DNA of 64,000 nt, from the NCBI RefSeq assembly GCF_036321535.1, contig NC_087447.1, positions 41,232,001 through 41,296,000 on the forward strand, in the 5' to 3' direction. The notes below the pieces were generated by a model, which made no database searches, was not told the origin of the DNA, and saw only the letters and a list, made by a program, of their open reading frames with translations. A program made the translations under genes and the position numbers. Positions 25,571-37,965 of this stretch are shown one piece after another; the stretch's first letter is position 1; each line of letters starts with the position of its first letter. The DNA comes from Camelus dromedarius. Lineage: Eukaryota.

Positions 25571-27968
25571 GGTGACTATAATTATGGTCTCCATAGAGTT
25601 TTCAAGAAAGGTAAGACAAGCCACATCAGGGGAAGAAAGGAGCTGCTTCTGCAGGCAAGAGACACCTAGTAGAGTTTGGCAACTCAGAATACCAATTTTG
25701 GAGTGCCACACTTTTCTAGTTAGTACCATAGCTTCTACATTAGAGATCAAGCAAGGCTGTTAATTCTACCTCTGTCATAATTCAGCATTTTACTGAAAAA
25801 GATTCTGCTTCTAATTTTTGGTGTGTTAGACTTGTAGCTATAAGAGAGAAGGGATGTTTTTAGGACAATCATAGAAATCCTCTGGTTTTCTAAACATGCT
25901 CTGAGCTAAGAATTTGAAATCTTGAGCCTATAATTTTCTTTAACTTTTCTAGCACACTTAGAAGTAGCCAGCACTATTCCTGACCTTGTATTCCTTGTAC
26001 CTTCCATAAAGGTCTAACATGGCAGCCAGTTGGTCCACCAAAGCCTTGCCTTTAATAGGCACTTCATTCCAGATGACCCCAGGGACTCAAATCATGTCAA
26101 TAAGAATTCATCCTTTGCTATCTCTTGGCTCCACCTTCCTTTGTTGTCTTTATTCCCAGGAAGACTTTCCATACATTGCAATGACAGAGATAGTCTCTGG
26201 CTTACATTTTAGTAGCTTAGCGATCCACAGATGATAATTTAAATAGCTTTTTCTCCATTGTGTATCATGGACGAACAGTGTCCCCTAATGGTCACCAGAT
26301 CCTCACTATCTTCAGGTACATCCAGGTCAGATGGCTCTTCTCATATTCCCATTTCTTGGGAAGTCAATTGTTTACAACCTTTCTTATTACTGCATCAATC
26401 AGTGTTCAGTTGTCTAATACAGAATCCAATCTAATATAGGCAAAAAGAGATTTAAAACAAGGAATTGAGTGCTTACAAAATCTTTGAAAGGACTGAAGAA
26501 GCAAGCTCTAGGTCCAGCTCTGTGGAACAGCCTCCAGCCCTCACAGCCACTCTGTTTCTGCCATGATTAGAAATGTTCCCACTACCATTGCTGTTGGCAG
26601 CTGTTGCCATTGATGATCACCACAGAACTACATTACCTTTGCTGCTGTTGCTATTTTAGGAAATTGCTAGCTCCAGAATCACACGCATCACCTCTGCCAA
26701 ATCTACACAAGCAAATTAGATCCCATGTATCTTTCCTCTGTCTTCACATGGCTCAGTTCTGAATTCATTTCTCACAAGATGCATCAAACAGAATCACACT
26801 TGGAATCCAACTGAAAAGGAGCCTGGGAAATATCACTTAATAGCTTTCCAGCTATTTCAGATTAGAAAGGGATTGAGCATCAAGCTACAGCTCCTATAGC
26901 ATTTCATTTACATCAAACATTAAAGTGTAGAATTGTTATTTATATCTACTGTATTAGATCGAGAGTCCTTTAAGGACAGAGATAAAATTTTATTATATTT
27001 AGGATACCCAGCACTCATCAGTGCCTCCCTTAAAAAGAGTCTCACAAATACATTACTGTTTTACAAATTGTATGAGGTATTTGCTAAAAATCTTTGTATG
27101 TCCAGTAAATTGTCCTTATACAATCTCTCTTTCAGGCAGACTCTAGTCATTTTCTCTACCCTTATCCCTTACTGAAATTGAAATTTCTTTCACATCACTT
27201 CCTTTCTTATCACACTTTAGAATACAGCATGGTAATTGGAAAGATCAAGGTTTTGGGGTCAGACAAATTTGGGTTTGAATTTTGGTTTTAATAACTCCAC
27301 TTAAACTTAGCTATATAATGACAATAGTAGTACTTACCTCATAGAATTCTTGTAAGGATTAAGTGAGATAATGTAAAATACCTGGCATATAGTACACACT
27401 CCGTAAGTAGTGTGTAATGCTATTAAAATGTTTTCTCTTACCTCATACGTATAACTTTGGATTTGGAAGGAACATCAGTTATCTAGTCCATCACCCTAAT
27501 ACGCATGAATTAGGCCACAGCTACAGGAAGTAAACTTTTACATCTGTTTCCACCTATCTCTGCTCTTCATGGCTCAACCGGCTCACCTCCTATATGTTGA
27601 CATAACTGTATCTTAGATTCCTCACAGATACTTCTTTGAGTAGATTTTTATCTTTCTGATGAGTTAGGCTTAGTATGGAGTTACCTTCCCTGTTCAGTTG
27701 GCCCACAAATAGCTATCTAGTCCTGATCATTGGACATTTAGTCTCAAGGACAACTCATCCCATGTGTCTCATTCTGAAAGGGAAGTTTTTGCCTGGAATT
27801 CTGGAGTCCAAGACCCTCCCTTCTAGATACCAGAAGATGCAATTTTGATGCCAACTATTTATCTCATCATAACTGTAGATCGACCCTTTCTTGGATACTG
27901 AATCTCCCCTGTATTGCTGAACCTCCCTCTGTCATCAGCCAGACCCAACATGGTAGCAGGGTCTAATG

Positions 27969-28190
27969 CAATGGTTCTCAACTGGAGGGTGATTTTTGCC
28001 TCGCAGGGGACATTTGGTAATGCCAGGAGACATTCTTGATTGTCACAATTAGGGGGAATATTGCTGCTGGATCTAGTGGGTAGAGGCCAAGGATGCTGCT
28101 AAACATACTACAGTGCACAGGGTAGGCTTCTACAACAAAGAATTATCTGATTCAAAATGTCAATAGTGTGTCGAGGTCTGATAAATCCTG
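27969..28190. mobile_element. MER20 hAT-Charlie element
   Basis: CAATGGTTCTCAAC...GGGGACATTTGG...GGGTAGAGGCCAAGGATGCTGCTAAACAT...CAAAATGTCAATAGTG. Confidence 0.85.
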
Positions 28191-28461
28191 GTCTGATTTT
28201 AGTCCCCATTCTTGGAGTATCATAACCCACCAATAAGTTCTAAAATAGGACATCTTCATCATGATATCATCCCTTATCATTCCTGCCCATAGCAACTTCT
28301 TCCTCTGCCTTCTATAAGGCTTTATTCATTTATAGTCTCCTAATAGCCTTCTTCTATTTCTTCTGTTTATACATTGTCTCTCCAAACAGGCTATAAGTTC
28401 TTCGGGACAATAGCCCTATCTCCCAGTTTTAATTAATCCATTAAAAAAACAGTTTTAATAA

Positions 28462-28510
28462 TCCATAAAAACCAGCTTTAGTCCATAAAAACCAGCTTTA
28501 GTCCATAAAA
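28462..28510. repeat. 20-bp tandem repeat, ~2.5 copies (TCCATAAAAACCAGCTTTAG)
   Basis: Direct inspection. Confidence 0.9.
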
Positions 28511-29702
28511 GGAAATTAAAGAGCCTGGATTCAGACCAAATCTTTCAGAATGCTCCCACTCTCTGGACAGAAGTCCAGAAAGAAGAGGGTCCTTACCTAA
28601 TTGAAATATTTAATCCCCATGAAGTTAAGCAAATAAAATCTTCTAGGCTTCATGGATCTCCATCTATTCCCACCCATTCCTGAGAGTTCTGGGTTTTTAC
28701 CTTGGCTTTTGATTTCTTTCCACTGAGAATTTCTCTTCTGCTTATGTGTAATTGCTCCCTCCACTAATGCCCATAGCAACTTGTACTTCCCCTTTCATAA
28801 CATATCACATTTGAATTTTTTAGTGTCTTTCTTCCCCCAAAAGACTTTTAGCTACATCAAGACAGAGACCATGTCTGCTTTCTTCATTACTAGATTTGCA
28901 TCACCTTTGCACAACATCTGACACATAGCAGGTAATTTCCCTTGTTGTTAGTGCATTTGAGAATTTTTTTTCAAAGTGAGTTTTATTAAAACATATTGGA
29001 TTCCAAAAGGAAGTTCAGAAAGAAACTACACAAAGGAAAATTCAAATTTAGAAAGTGTAGCCTTCTGTTCTAACACAGGTTGATTGATGCCCAGCCTCAT
29101 GAGATCTGTACCACAGCCTACTTGTGGGTGTCACTCACTTCTTTTGTCCCCTTCCTTCCTTGAGGTCTCAGACATGTGAGCCCTGGGGAGAAATTGCACA
29201 TGAACGGGATAAAGGGCTTTTTTGGATGAACCACTGCCCTTGGTTTTCACCTCGTGCCTGTCAGCAGTTTATCTGTGCATCTAAACTTGGACCCTGTGCA
29301 TCTACATGAAGCAGTTGCACCAAGGGTGATGGCAGGTCTCTTCAGTCAATGAGGAACAAAAATCATGTACTGTTGTTTCCCCAGACCATTTCTTTCTAGT
29401 TGTCTCCCTCGGAAAGAGGTTATGCTGCATAAAATTAAAAACTCCAAGTCACCTCCCTTTCTAGTTTTTCCTATCATAAAGGATTGGTTTGAGAAAGGTT
29501 TGTGTGTTTTTTTTTAAATGTGTTTATTATTACTTGTTAGTATTTATATTTTCCCTCTGATCAAGAGGAACAATTCTGCTGAATTTAAGGGGTGGAATTA
29601 AGGGGAGGCTTCAAAACTCCCTGAATTCAAGCATGCTCTGAGTCTTGGCCTCCTGTATCCATCTGCCCCTCCCCCATGCCAGTTCTTGTCCTTGGCTCCT
29701 GT

Positions 29703-29823
29703 TTTATTTTTCTTGGGGGAGAGGTAATTAGATTTTACTTACTTATTTGATGCAAGTGCTGGGGATTGAGCCGAGGACCTCATGCATGCTAGGTGTGCGC
29801 TCTACCACTGAGCTGTCCCCTCC
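29703..29823 (-). mobile_element. tRNA-derived SINE, camelid (Vic-1-like) type
   Basis: Reverse complement reads AGCTCAGTGGTAGAGCGCAC...GAGGTCCTCGGCTCAATCCCCAGCAC with tail CTAATTACCTCTCCCCC. Confidence 0.8.
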
Positions 29824-32579
29824 TCCTGCCCTTGCTTCTCTCTTCTCTCTCCTCCCTCTGTCCCGCCATCCCTTTCTCTTCCCCTCGCCCCCACTCCTCC
29901 TTCTTCTATGAGTGAGTGTGTTTGCTCCACTCTGTAAACTAGCAGAAGCCCTTCCTACTTCCCATAGTATCAGTCAACTCTTGATATTTAGAGTAATTCC
30001 CTAGCCTAGTGGCACACTTCCTCTTCTTGGTTCTTAGGTCAGGCAGGTACCCAGCTCTGGTTTAATTTAGCATGGAGTTGCCCTGGGGCCCTTTATTGAC
30101 CTGAGGCAGTATTCAGTGGTGGGATAGCTTTTGGGCTCTAGAACCCATACAGCCCAATGTCAAATCCTGGTTCTACCACATACTCATTTCTCTGTACTGC
30201 AGCTTCCTTGTCTGTGAAAGAATAGTATCAGCCACCTCCTAGGGCTGGGTACACACGTAAAACATTTAGAACATACTCTGCAAAATAGTAAGCGCTTAGT
30301 GTTTGTTAACTATTGTTACTATGAGTTGGCCCATGGCCTTACTAGGGAGAGGTCTGTGTTACTGCCACCAAACTTAATGATTCAGGAAATGTTTATTAAG
30401 TGACCACAGTGTGCCAGACACTGTGCGAGGAAGAACTTAGAGATGAAGCAGATGCTAATGCTGCATTTGTTTCTCAATGAGCTGTGTCTGGTCTACAGAT
30501 GGTAATGATGGCAAAGGAGTAGATAGTCCTCCATGCTTATCTCCATTGACTTCTGAATCCAGGAAAGATTGTTCACCCTTTGACTTCTAATATCATCCTA
30601 TAATCTGTTTCCTCTGAGAGGATTTTATAATTATACATCATGATCTCCCTTGTCTTGCTTGCTCTTAAATTTACCAGATAGTGTCAAAATTATATATTTT
30701 CCTATTTTCCTATAATTAAAAATGAACAACACTTTGTCTCTTTCCCAAATTCTTAGCTGTCCAAGTTCTCAGAAATCATAACTTTGGACCTTGAAATGAC
30801 TCTGGTCCTTTTTTTCCTCCTCTGGCTTTGATTTAGTGGTTTGTCAGCAAAGGTGTTTGCCCTTTGGCTCCAATGAGATGCAGAAAGGTGAACTGTAATC
30901 AGAAAGATTTGAGTACATTTATTATTGAATATACAGTATATACTTACTTAAGTTTCTTTGCAGTTGTTTCCCAGATCCAGCTGAATTTTATCTCTGGCTT
31001 GCAATCACAGTGAAAGAATGCAGGGAGGCAACAAAACTTTTTATATGTTTGTCTATCCAGAAGATAATCTTTCTGAAACACAATATAAAGTTCTGGTTTA
31101 AATCATGCTTGAGAGGAAAGAAGATTTTAAAAGATGCCGTGAATTAACTAAAAATAAAGGAAAATCCTTTGTTCTAGTTTATCATTCTTCACTCAAAACC
31201 AAGATATTTTGTTGATTTGTGTACTCTGATAGGTACTCTCTCTTCTGTGCGAGGGGAGGAGTCATAGCCAGGTTTTGAGCTCAGCCGCAGGGATGTGAAA
31301 GTGGACACGTGCAGTGCTCTGGGACGGTGCTGAGTAACTGTGGCTCAGCACTGGTCCGCCATGATATCTTTGCTGTCCGTTTTGAGTTCCTTGGTGACTC
31401 ATAAATGTTCTCTCTCTCCACCCTTTATCTAATCAGCCACAATAAGTTATAACTGTCAACCAGAGAACAGTGCATTTATAGCCAAGGAAAGGTAAGCATT
31501 TGGCGCAATAGCAACCAAAATTCATTTTGTTGTGTATAGGTCTGCCACACTATCTTCAGGTTCATTTCACTTTTAGAATTGGCTCACTATTTTCTTTCTA
31601 TAAAGCAAATTATTATGCAACCAGTGAGAATATATTATTTTTAGTAAGTCATTAAGATTTCAATGATCTTTGGGAGCACAGAAAACATCCTACCAAAATT
31701 TTTGATAGAATGGCCACGACACTTTGGGCAATTTTTATGTAAACCAGAGCAATCACATGTAACAAATTTACAGTTTGGCAGGTAAAAATGAACACTCTTT
31801 TATATTTCAATTCCCAGTCCAGGAAACATAGGAGGCAAACAAATTTAAAAGACGGGAGAGTACTTGGCAAGAGAACTGGGTATCCCGGTTTCTAGAACCT
31901 GTCTTGTGCAACTTCAGGGGCAAGACCCTAAATATAGATCTCAGAGTCCCTGAGCTGCATCAGCTGTAGAATCGTGATACTACTACCTCCCCCTTACTGC
32001 CCCCGCCTCGGAGATACCGAGATCTGCTATGGGAGCGCCCTGGGCTCCTCAGAAAGACAGTGCTGCAGAGCTCTGAGGCATGATTATTACCATCGTGATG
32101 ATTATTGTCACCATCCTTATACTTGGTACTTATCATTATTGATGCTCCTTTCATCAGAGAAACTCCAAGAAGATTTATGAAAAGATACATATGTATTTAT
32201 ATAGCATATCTCCAGGAAAATTCAGTAATTCTAATGTACAAAATAGGTAACTTGCTTACGTTTTCAAACTAGTTTGCAGAAGAGCCAAAACCAGAATTTC
32301 ACTCTAGTACATATAGATATATATACTGGTTTTCAGAACAACAGCGTAAATAACAGATCCCCTGGCATTTTAAAATCATTCACTAATAGCTGAGCGTTTA
32401 AATGTCTTGCATACCTATACTTCTGCTTTAAAAATTACCTAAGATCAGGCATTCTTTTTAAATGACCAGCTTTTTAAATTAACTATCAACTTTCTAAAGA
32501 AAGTAAGAGAATGAAATTAATTTCAGCTTCTCTTAAGAACACATCTCTGCCTGACCACAGTAGTTTCCTAAGTAGCTGC

Positions 32580-32609
32580 TGTATTAGGGTTCCCCAGAGA
32601 AACAGAATC

Positions 32610-32675
<66 letters not shown>

Positions 32676-33016
32676 TTTATTTTAAGGAACCAGCTCCTGC
32701 AATTTGGGAGGCTTGGTGAGTCCAGAATTTAATGGGGTAGGCTGGCAGGTTGAAGAAGAGTTGCAGTTGGAGTCCAAAGGCAGTCTGCTGGCAGAATTCC
32801 TTCTAGTTTCAAGATCAGTCTTTGTTCTATTAAGACTTTCAACTGGTTGGATGAAGCCTACTCACATTAATGGAGAATTATCTGTTTTACTCAGAGTCCA
32901 CCAATTTAAATGTGAATCTCGTCTAAAAAACACCTTCACAGAAACATCCAGAATGTTCAGCCGGATATCTGGGCACTGTAGCCTTGGCAATATAAAGTGA
33001 AAAATTAATCATCACA
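32580..33016 (-). mobile_element. MLT2 (ERVL) LTR containing a (CA)n microsatellite
   Basis: TGTATTAGGGTTCCCCAGAGAAACAGAA...AAAATTAATCATCACA. Confidence 0.85.
32611..32672. repeat. (AC)~31 microsatellite
   Basis: Direct inspection. Confidence 0.97.
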
Positions 33017-34290
33017 GCTGCTTTGATTATATTATTCAGACTCAGGTAAATCGTTTAGTGGCATTAAACAAGTACTATACATTATCTTAACTCTGAACAC
33101 TCTATTAAGAGATAAAGTAAAAGTAAAGGAAAACCCCTGGAATAAAGGTTTAAAAAAAGTAGAGATGCACAAGTCAGTTGGCTTCCTCAAATCTTAGTTT
33201 CCTCATTTGTGAAATGGAAATAAGAATATTTCTCCTTCAATGAAAGCATTGTTTAAAGCGTAAACTTGAGCACTTTATAAATTATTATCAATGTATATAA
33301 TCTATGCTCTGGACATGTGTACTTTCTACCCTCCAAAACATGATTCAATACTTGGCTTATTGCACTGAAGTGTCTATTTCAGTTCAATAATTTGCATTTT
33401 CCAGAACAATGGTTTTTCAACTGCATTGTTTGGTCATATTTAGTTGTAACTAATAAAAATTGTAAAGTACCAAAGTTTGCAAATTATTTTCTTATTTAAT
33501 AAATTAGAATGGATGCAGTATTATCCCTATAATAACATTCTTAGTAACTTGCATTCATATATGCTTTTTTACTTTGGAAAGAAAGGAATACTAGGAATTG
33601 TACATAAGGACTATGTCCTCTAAGTTGCTATTAGTAATCTTGATCACTTTTCAGTAGTGTTTCTTGCACTACTAAACATTACCCATTCTCTAACTTTAGT
33701 TTTTCTAAAATAATGAAGTACATTGGACTGAAAGCATCAGTTATCCTCTCCTTAAGGCTTAAGTGTGTCTCTGGCCTTTCTAATACAGAAAAATTTGCCC
33801 TGAAATGGGCCTCCCACGTTTAGCTTACAAGTTGGCACCCAAAAGTATAAGAGGTGTCCATGCTGATGAAGTTCAATGAGAGCACCTCAGTCCTGCTGCT
33901 GTCTGTCCTTGAGCTTCACCAACTCAACACTATGTTTGACGTGGAAAAGAAACGGCAAAGGGAAAATCCTAACAGGCAGGATCTTTATTTATTTCATTCC
34001 GTTGGCCTAACAATCTGCATCATAAGTGAGATGATCAACCTGCTGGTTTACCTGGTATAGTCCTGGTTTATGCTTGCTGTCCCAATGTAATTGTTAATAG
34101 ACCCTTTCTTACCCAAAGCATAAAGTGCTTACAATTGTTTATCAATGTATACCCAATTTCTAGTACTGTACACAGCATGCATTAGGTGCTCACCAAACAT
34201 TTATTAAATGAATAAATGATGATCCAAGTAAAGACTGGCCTGTGAAATAGAGTTCCAAGAATTCAGCTCTGCACTAAAATGCCATGAGCA

Positions 34291-34728
34291 GTGAAGTGGG
34301 CTGAATGGTGGCCCCCAAAAGATACATTCACGCCCTAATCCCTGAAACTTGTGAATATTATTTTATATAGCAAAAGATATAATTAGGTTAAGGATCTCAA
34401 GAGAAGGAGTTTATCCTGAATTATCAGTGCAATCACTAGCATCCTCAGAGAGTCAGAGGGAGTTTCGTGACACACGCACATGGAGGAAAAGGCAATGTGA
34501 AGACAGAGCAGAGAGAGATGTAGCCACAAGCCAAGGAATGCCAACAGCCACCAGAAGCCGGAAGAGGTAAGAGATGGATTCTCCTCCTGAGCCTCCAAAA
34601 GAAATATGGCCCTGCCAACACCTTGACTTTGGACTTCAGACCTCCAGAACTGTAAGAAAATTAATTTCTGTTGTTTTAAGCCCCCTACTTTGTGACATTT
34701 GTTATGGCAGCCACAAGAAACTAATGCA
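34291..34728 (+). mobile_element. MLT1D-like MaLR LTR
   Basis: GGCTGAATGGTGGCCCCCAAAAGATA...CTCCAGAACTGTAAGAAAATTAATTTCTGTTGTTTTAAGCC. Confidence 0.85.
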
Positions 34729-34939
34729 AAAGTGATTTTAAAAAGGAATATCTCTATTACGGTTACTCACGTTGCTACAGGAGAGAGCTCGGTGCACTTG
34801 CAAAAGTAGGAGATTCTGCCACACACTAACTGAAGTATTTTGGAAAAGTTACCTCTTTTAATTTCCCTATCTGTAAAATTGGGGAAACGATAACTTCCCT
34901 ACTTACCCCACATGACTTGTACTGAGACTCAAATGAGAG

Positions 34940-36230
34940 AATGTATTCAGTAAATATTTGTTGATGCCTGCTATATGCTAGGAACTATTCTAAGCACTGT
35001 ATCTAAGGGATATCACAGTGAACATGACAGACAAGGTTCCTGCTGTCATTGAGATTATATCGTAACGTGGCAAGCAGACAATACACAAGAAAGAATGTAA
35101 AAAATCATTTCAGATAATGATAAGGACAGTGAAAAAAAAAGTGGAGTAATGTGATAGGGTGCCTGGAAAATGAAACATTACATACGGTGATCAGGGAAGG
35201 TCAAAAAGGTGACCATAAGCTCACAAAGCTAAGACCTAAATTTTGAAAAAGAGCCAGCCATGTAAAAAACTGGAATAAGAACTTTGGGGGCCGTGGAACT
35301 TGAAAAATAAATAGCCATAGCCTTTGCATGTTTGAGGAATAGAAAACTTTGCATGAGCTGGATATATTTGAAGAACAGGAAAAAAAGGCCCATGTGACTG
35401 AAGTGTAGAGGTCAAGGAGGAATATGGTCGGAGATGAGTTCAGATAGATTGTCAAGGGTGGATCATGGAAGGCTATGCAGGCCACAATGACAAGTTTGGA
35501 TTTTACTGTGGATATAATGTACATTCGTAATCAAGGGTTTTAAGCATGAGAGTGGTGTTATCTGATTTACATTTTTAAAAGATGACAGGCTTCTGGGTAG
35601 AGAATGTATTGGAGAGCAAGAGGAAGTTGAGAGACCAGTTAGGAGGCTATTATAGTAATCTAGGCTAGAGATAATGTTGGTTAGATTCAGGTGACAGCAA
35701 TGTAGATCCAAAGAAGTGGACTAATCTAAGATATTTTGGAGACAGAGCCAACAGAACTTCTGATGAATTGGCTATGAGATAAGAGACAGAGAGAAATTAA
35801 GAATGATTTATAAGTTTTTGGCCTTAGCAACTGACAGATGGTGAACAATGGAGGAAAAACTATTCGGAACATGTTAAATTCAAAATGCCTATTATATATC
35901 CAAGGGGAAATTTCAGTAGGCAACTTGATATATATCTATCACTTGCATGGGGGGGGGAGTGAATCAGAGCTGGTGATATAAATTTGGAAATCATCATCAT
36001 ATAAATCGTATTTAAAGTCATAGGGCAGATGAATTACATAGGGGGAAAATATTCAGAGGAAAGACAAGAAGGCCCAGAATAAATTCTTTGGTACTTCAGT
36101 ATTTAGAGGTCAAGCAGAGGAGGAGAAGCTAGGAAAAACAGCTGAATTGGTGAAGGAGCCAATGAGGTAGGAGGAAATCCTGGAAAGTATAAAGTTATGG
36201 AAGCCAAGAGAAAAATGAATGAATAAATGT
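34940..36230 (-). mobile_element. L2 LINE fragment(s)
   Basis: ATTCAGTAAATATTTGTTGA...GGAGGCTATTATAGTAATCTAGGC...; degenerate L2 ORF2-like translation on minus (ISSLDYYNSLLTGL). Confidence 0.8.
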
Positions 36231-37394
36231 CAAAAAGATAATATGCATAAATATTTTCTCAGCTCCAAATGTGTGCAGAAAACTCTGTTGGAAATTCAGG
36301 AGAAGTTTTCCCCATCTCAAGGACCTTAAGATTTTGGAGGGAGATAAAAATAAGCCCCATAAAAATAATACAGTACATAGCCTTCTAACTGATCTCCTAT
36401 CTCTAGGTTTGTCTTTCAAAACATTCTATATAAACCACAAAGTTAATTTTTCTATAACAGCACTCTGATCAATTAAAACTGATCAGCTTTAGACCAAAAC
36501 TAACTAGAGTTACTATCAGCTCAAGAACTTTCTATGCCTGTGTAGTCAGCTCCAAATCATCATTTTGGCATTCAAGGAAGGATGGCCCAGCTTCAGCCCC
36601 TATTATTCCCTTTATGAAACCTCAAGATTCTTCCTTGGTTGTTCAGTTTAACATTGATTCTACCCTTTCCTCCCCTTGTATGTATCTTTTCTTTGTCTGG
36701 GTTGTGAACTCTTTGAAAACAGAGATTAAGCCCAAACTCCTTGCCTAGCCATTAGTAGATTAACTCATCAGCCTTACTTCTTCCTGCCAAATAGAAAAAG
36801 ACCACCAAATTTTGTCATATAATATAGAACATGGGTGTTATAATGGAGCAAAATTTGAGTACCATAAAACTAGGTTATGAGTAATGAAAAATGAAGGAGG
36901 GATGCATCCAGGAATAGGGAAGTAGTCTGAAACCAGATTACCACAGGCCTTTTATGCCAAACTAGGGGATCCGGATGTTATTCTGTTAGGGGAAATCTAC
37001 TGAGGTTTTTGAGCAGGGTATTTAAATATTCTTGTCTGTGCTTCAGGAATGAATCAGTAAAGGGGATAAATGAGGATGGCCTCAAAATTGCAAGCAATGG
37101 AGCATTAATGGGAATGAATTTTTTGAGGCAGCGATGCCAGCCTAACTGGCTCTATGAGAGAAGACTGAGTATCTGGGAGTGGTGAAAAACAAGGCCCATA
37201 GAAGAGGTAGGGTAGAGCCAGAGTATGAAGGGTTTGAAAGCCAGGCAAAGGCATATGAATTGGGAACCCTGGGTTCTGATGTCTGTTCCGCTCCTTGGGG
37301 AAAGTCCTTTATTGTTTCTAGAGCTCAGTTTCCTTTTCCTAGGGTTTTCTTCAGCTGTAAATGTTATCATTTTCCATAATACTCTGACCTGCTA

Positions 37395-37570
37395 CAGTGT
37401 TTCTCAAATCTTGACTGCACATTAGTCACTTAGAGAGCCTTAAAAGCTGCTGATATCTGGATCCAACTCTGAGAGATTCAGATTTATCTGGTCCTGGATG
37501 CAGCCTGGACATTGTGAGTTTCAGATGGTCCCTCAGATGATTCTACTGTGTACCCAAGGTTGAGATCAAA
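37395..37570. mobile_element. MER5-like hAT-Charlie MITE
   Basis: CAGTGTTTCTCAAA...GATGATTCTACTGTGTACCCAAGGTTGAGA. Confidence 0.75.
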
Positions 37571-37884
37571 CTAGAAAACAGTGAAGAACTAAGATTCTTT
37601 AAAGCATCATAGTAATATGTTGGGAGAAAAAGTGGTTTAAGGAAGACTAGTTAAGAGTTTACAGAGTTGAAAGAAAAGACTAGGAGAACAACTGAAATTT
37701 TTCAGTAATTCAGGAGAAAAATTTACTAAGGCATACATTAGCATGCATCCAATGACACTATAGGAAATACGATGAATGTAGGAAGATGATTTAGAGGGAA
37801 GTAACACTAGTATTCAGTAATTAATTGAATGTTAAACCTGATCAAAAGGAAAGAGGAAGTACAAAGTTTCTAGTACAGAAGAAT

Positions 37885-37965
37885 GGGGTGGGGGTATGGC
37901 GCACGCTTAACATGCGTGATGTCCTGGGTTCAATCCCCAGTGCCTCCATTAACCAAAAAAAAAAG
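37885..37965 (+). mobile_element. tRNA-derived SINE, camelid type, internally deleted
   Basis: GCTTAACATGCGTGATGTCCTGGGTTCAATCCCCAGTGCCTCCATTAA plus A-tail; B box present, A box lost. Confidence 0.75.

Noticed and set aside
28462..28510. Direct repeats as a CRISPR-like array
   Set aside because: Head-to-tail units without spacers in a mammalian genome; a simple tandem duplication.
29760..29823. tRNA-like sequence (A and B boxes)
   Set aside because: No intact cloverleaf, and it carries a SINE tail; this is a tRNA-derived SINE, not a tRNA gene.
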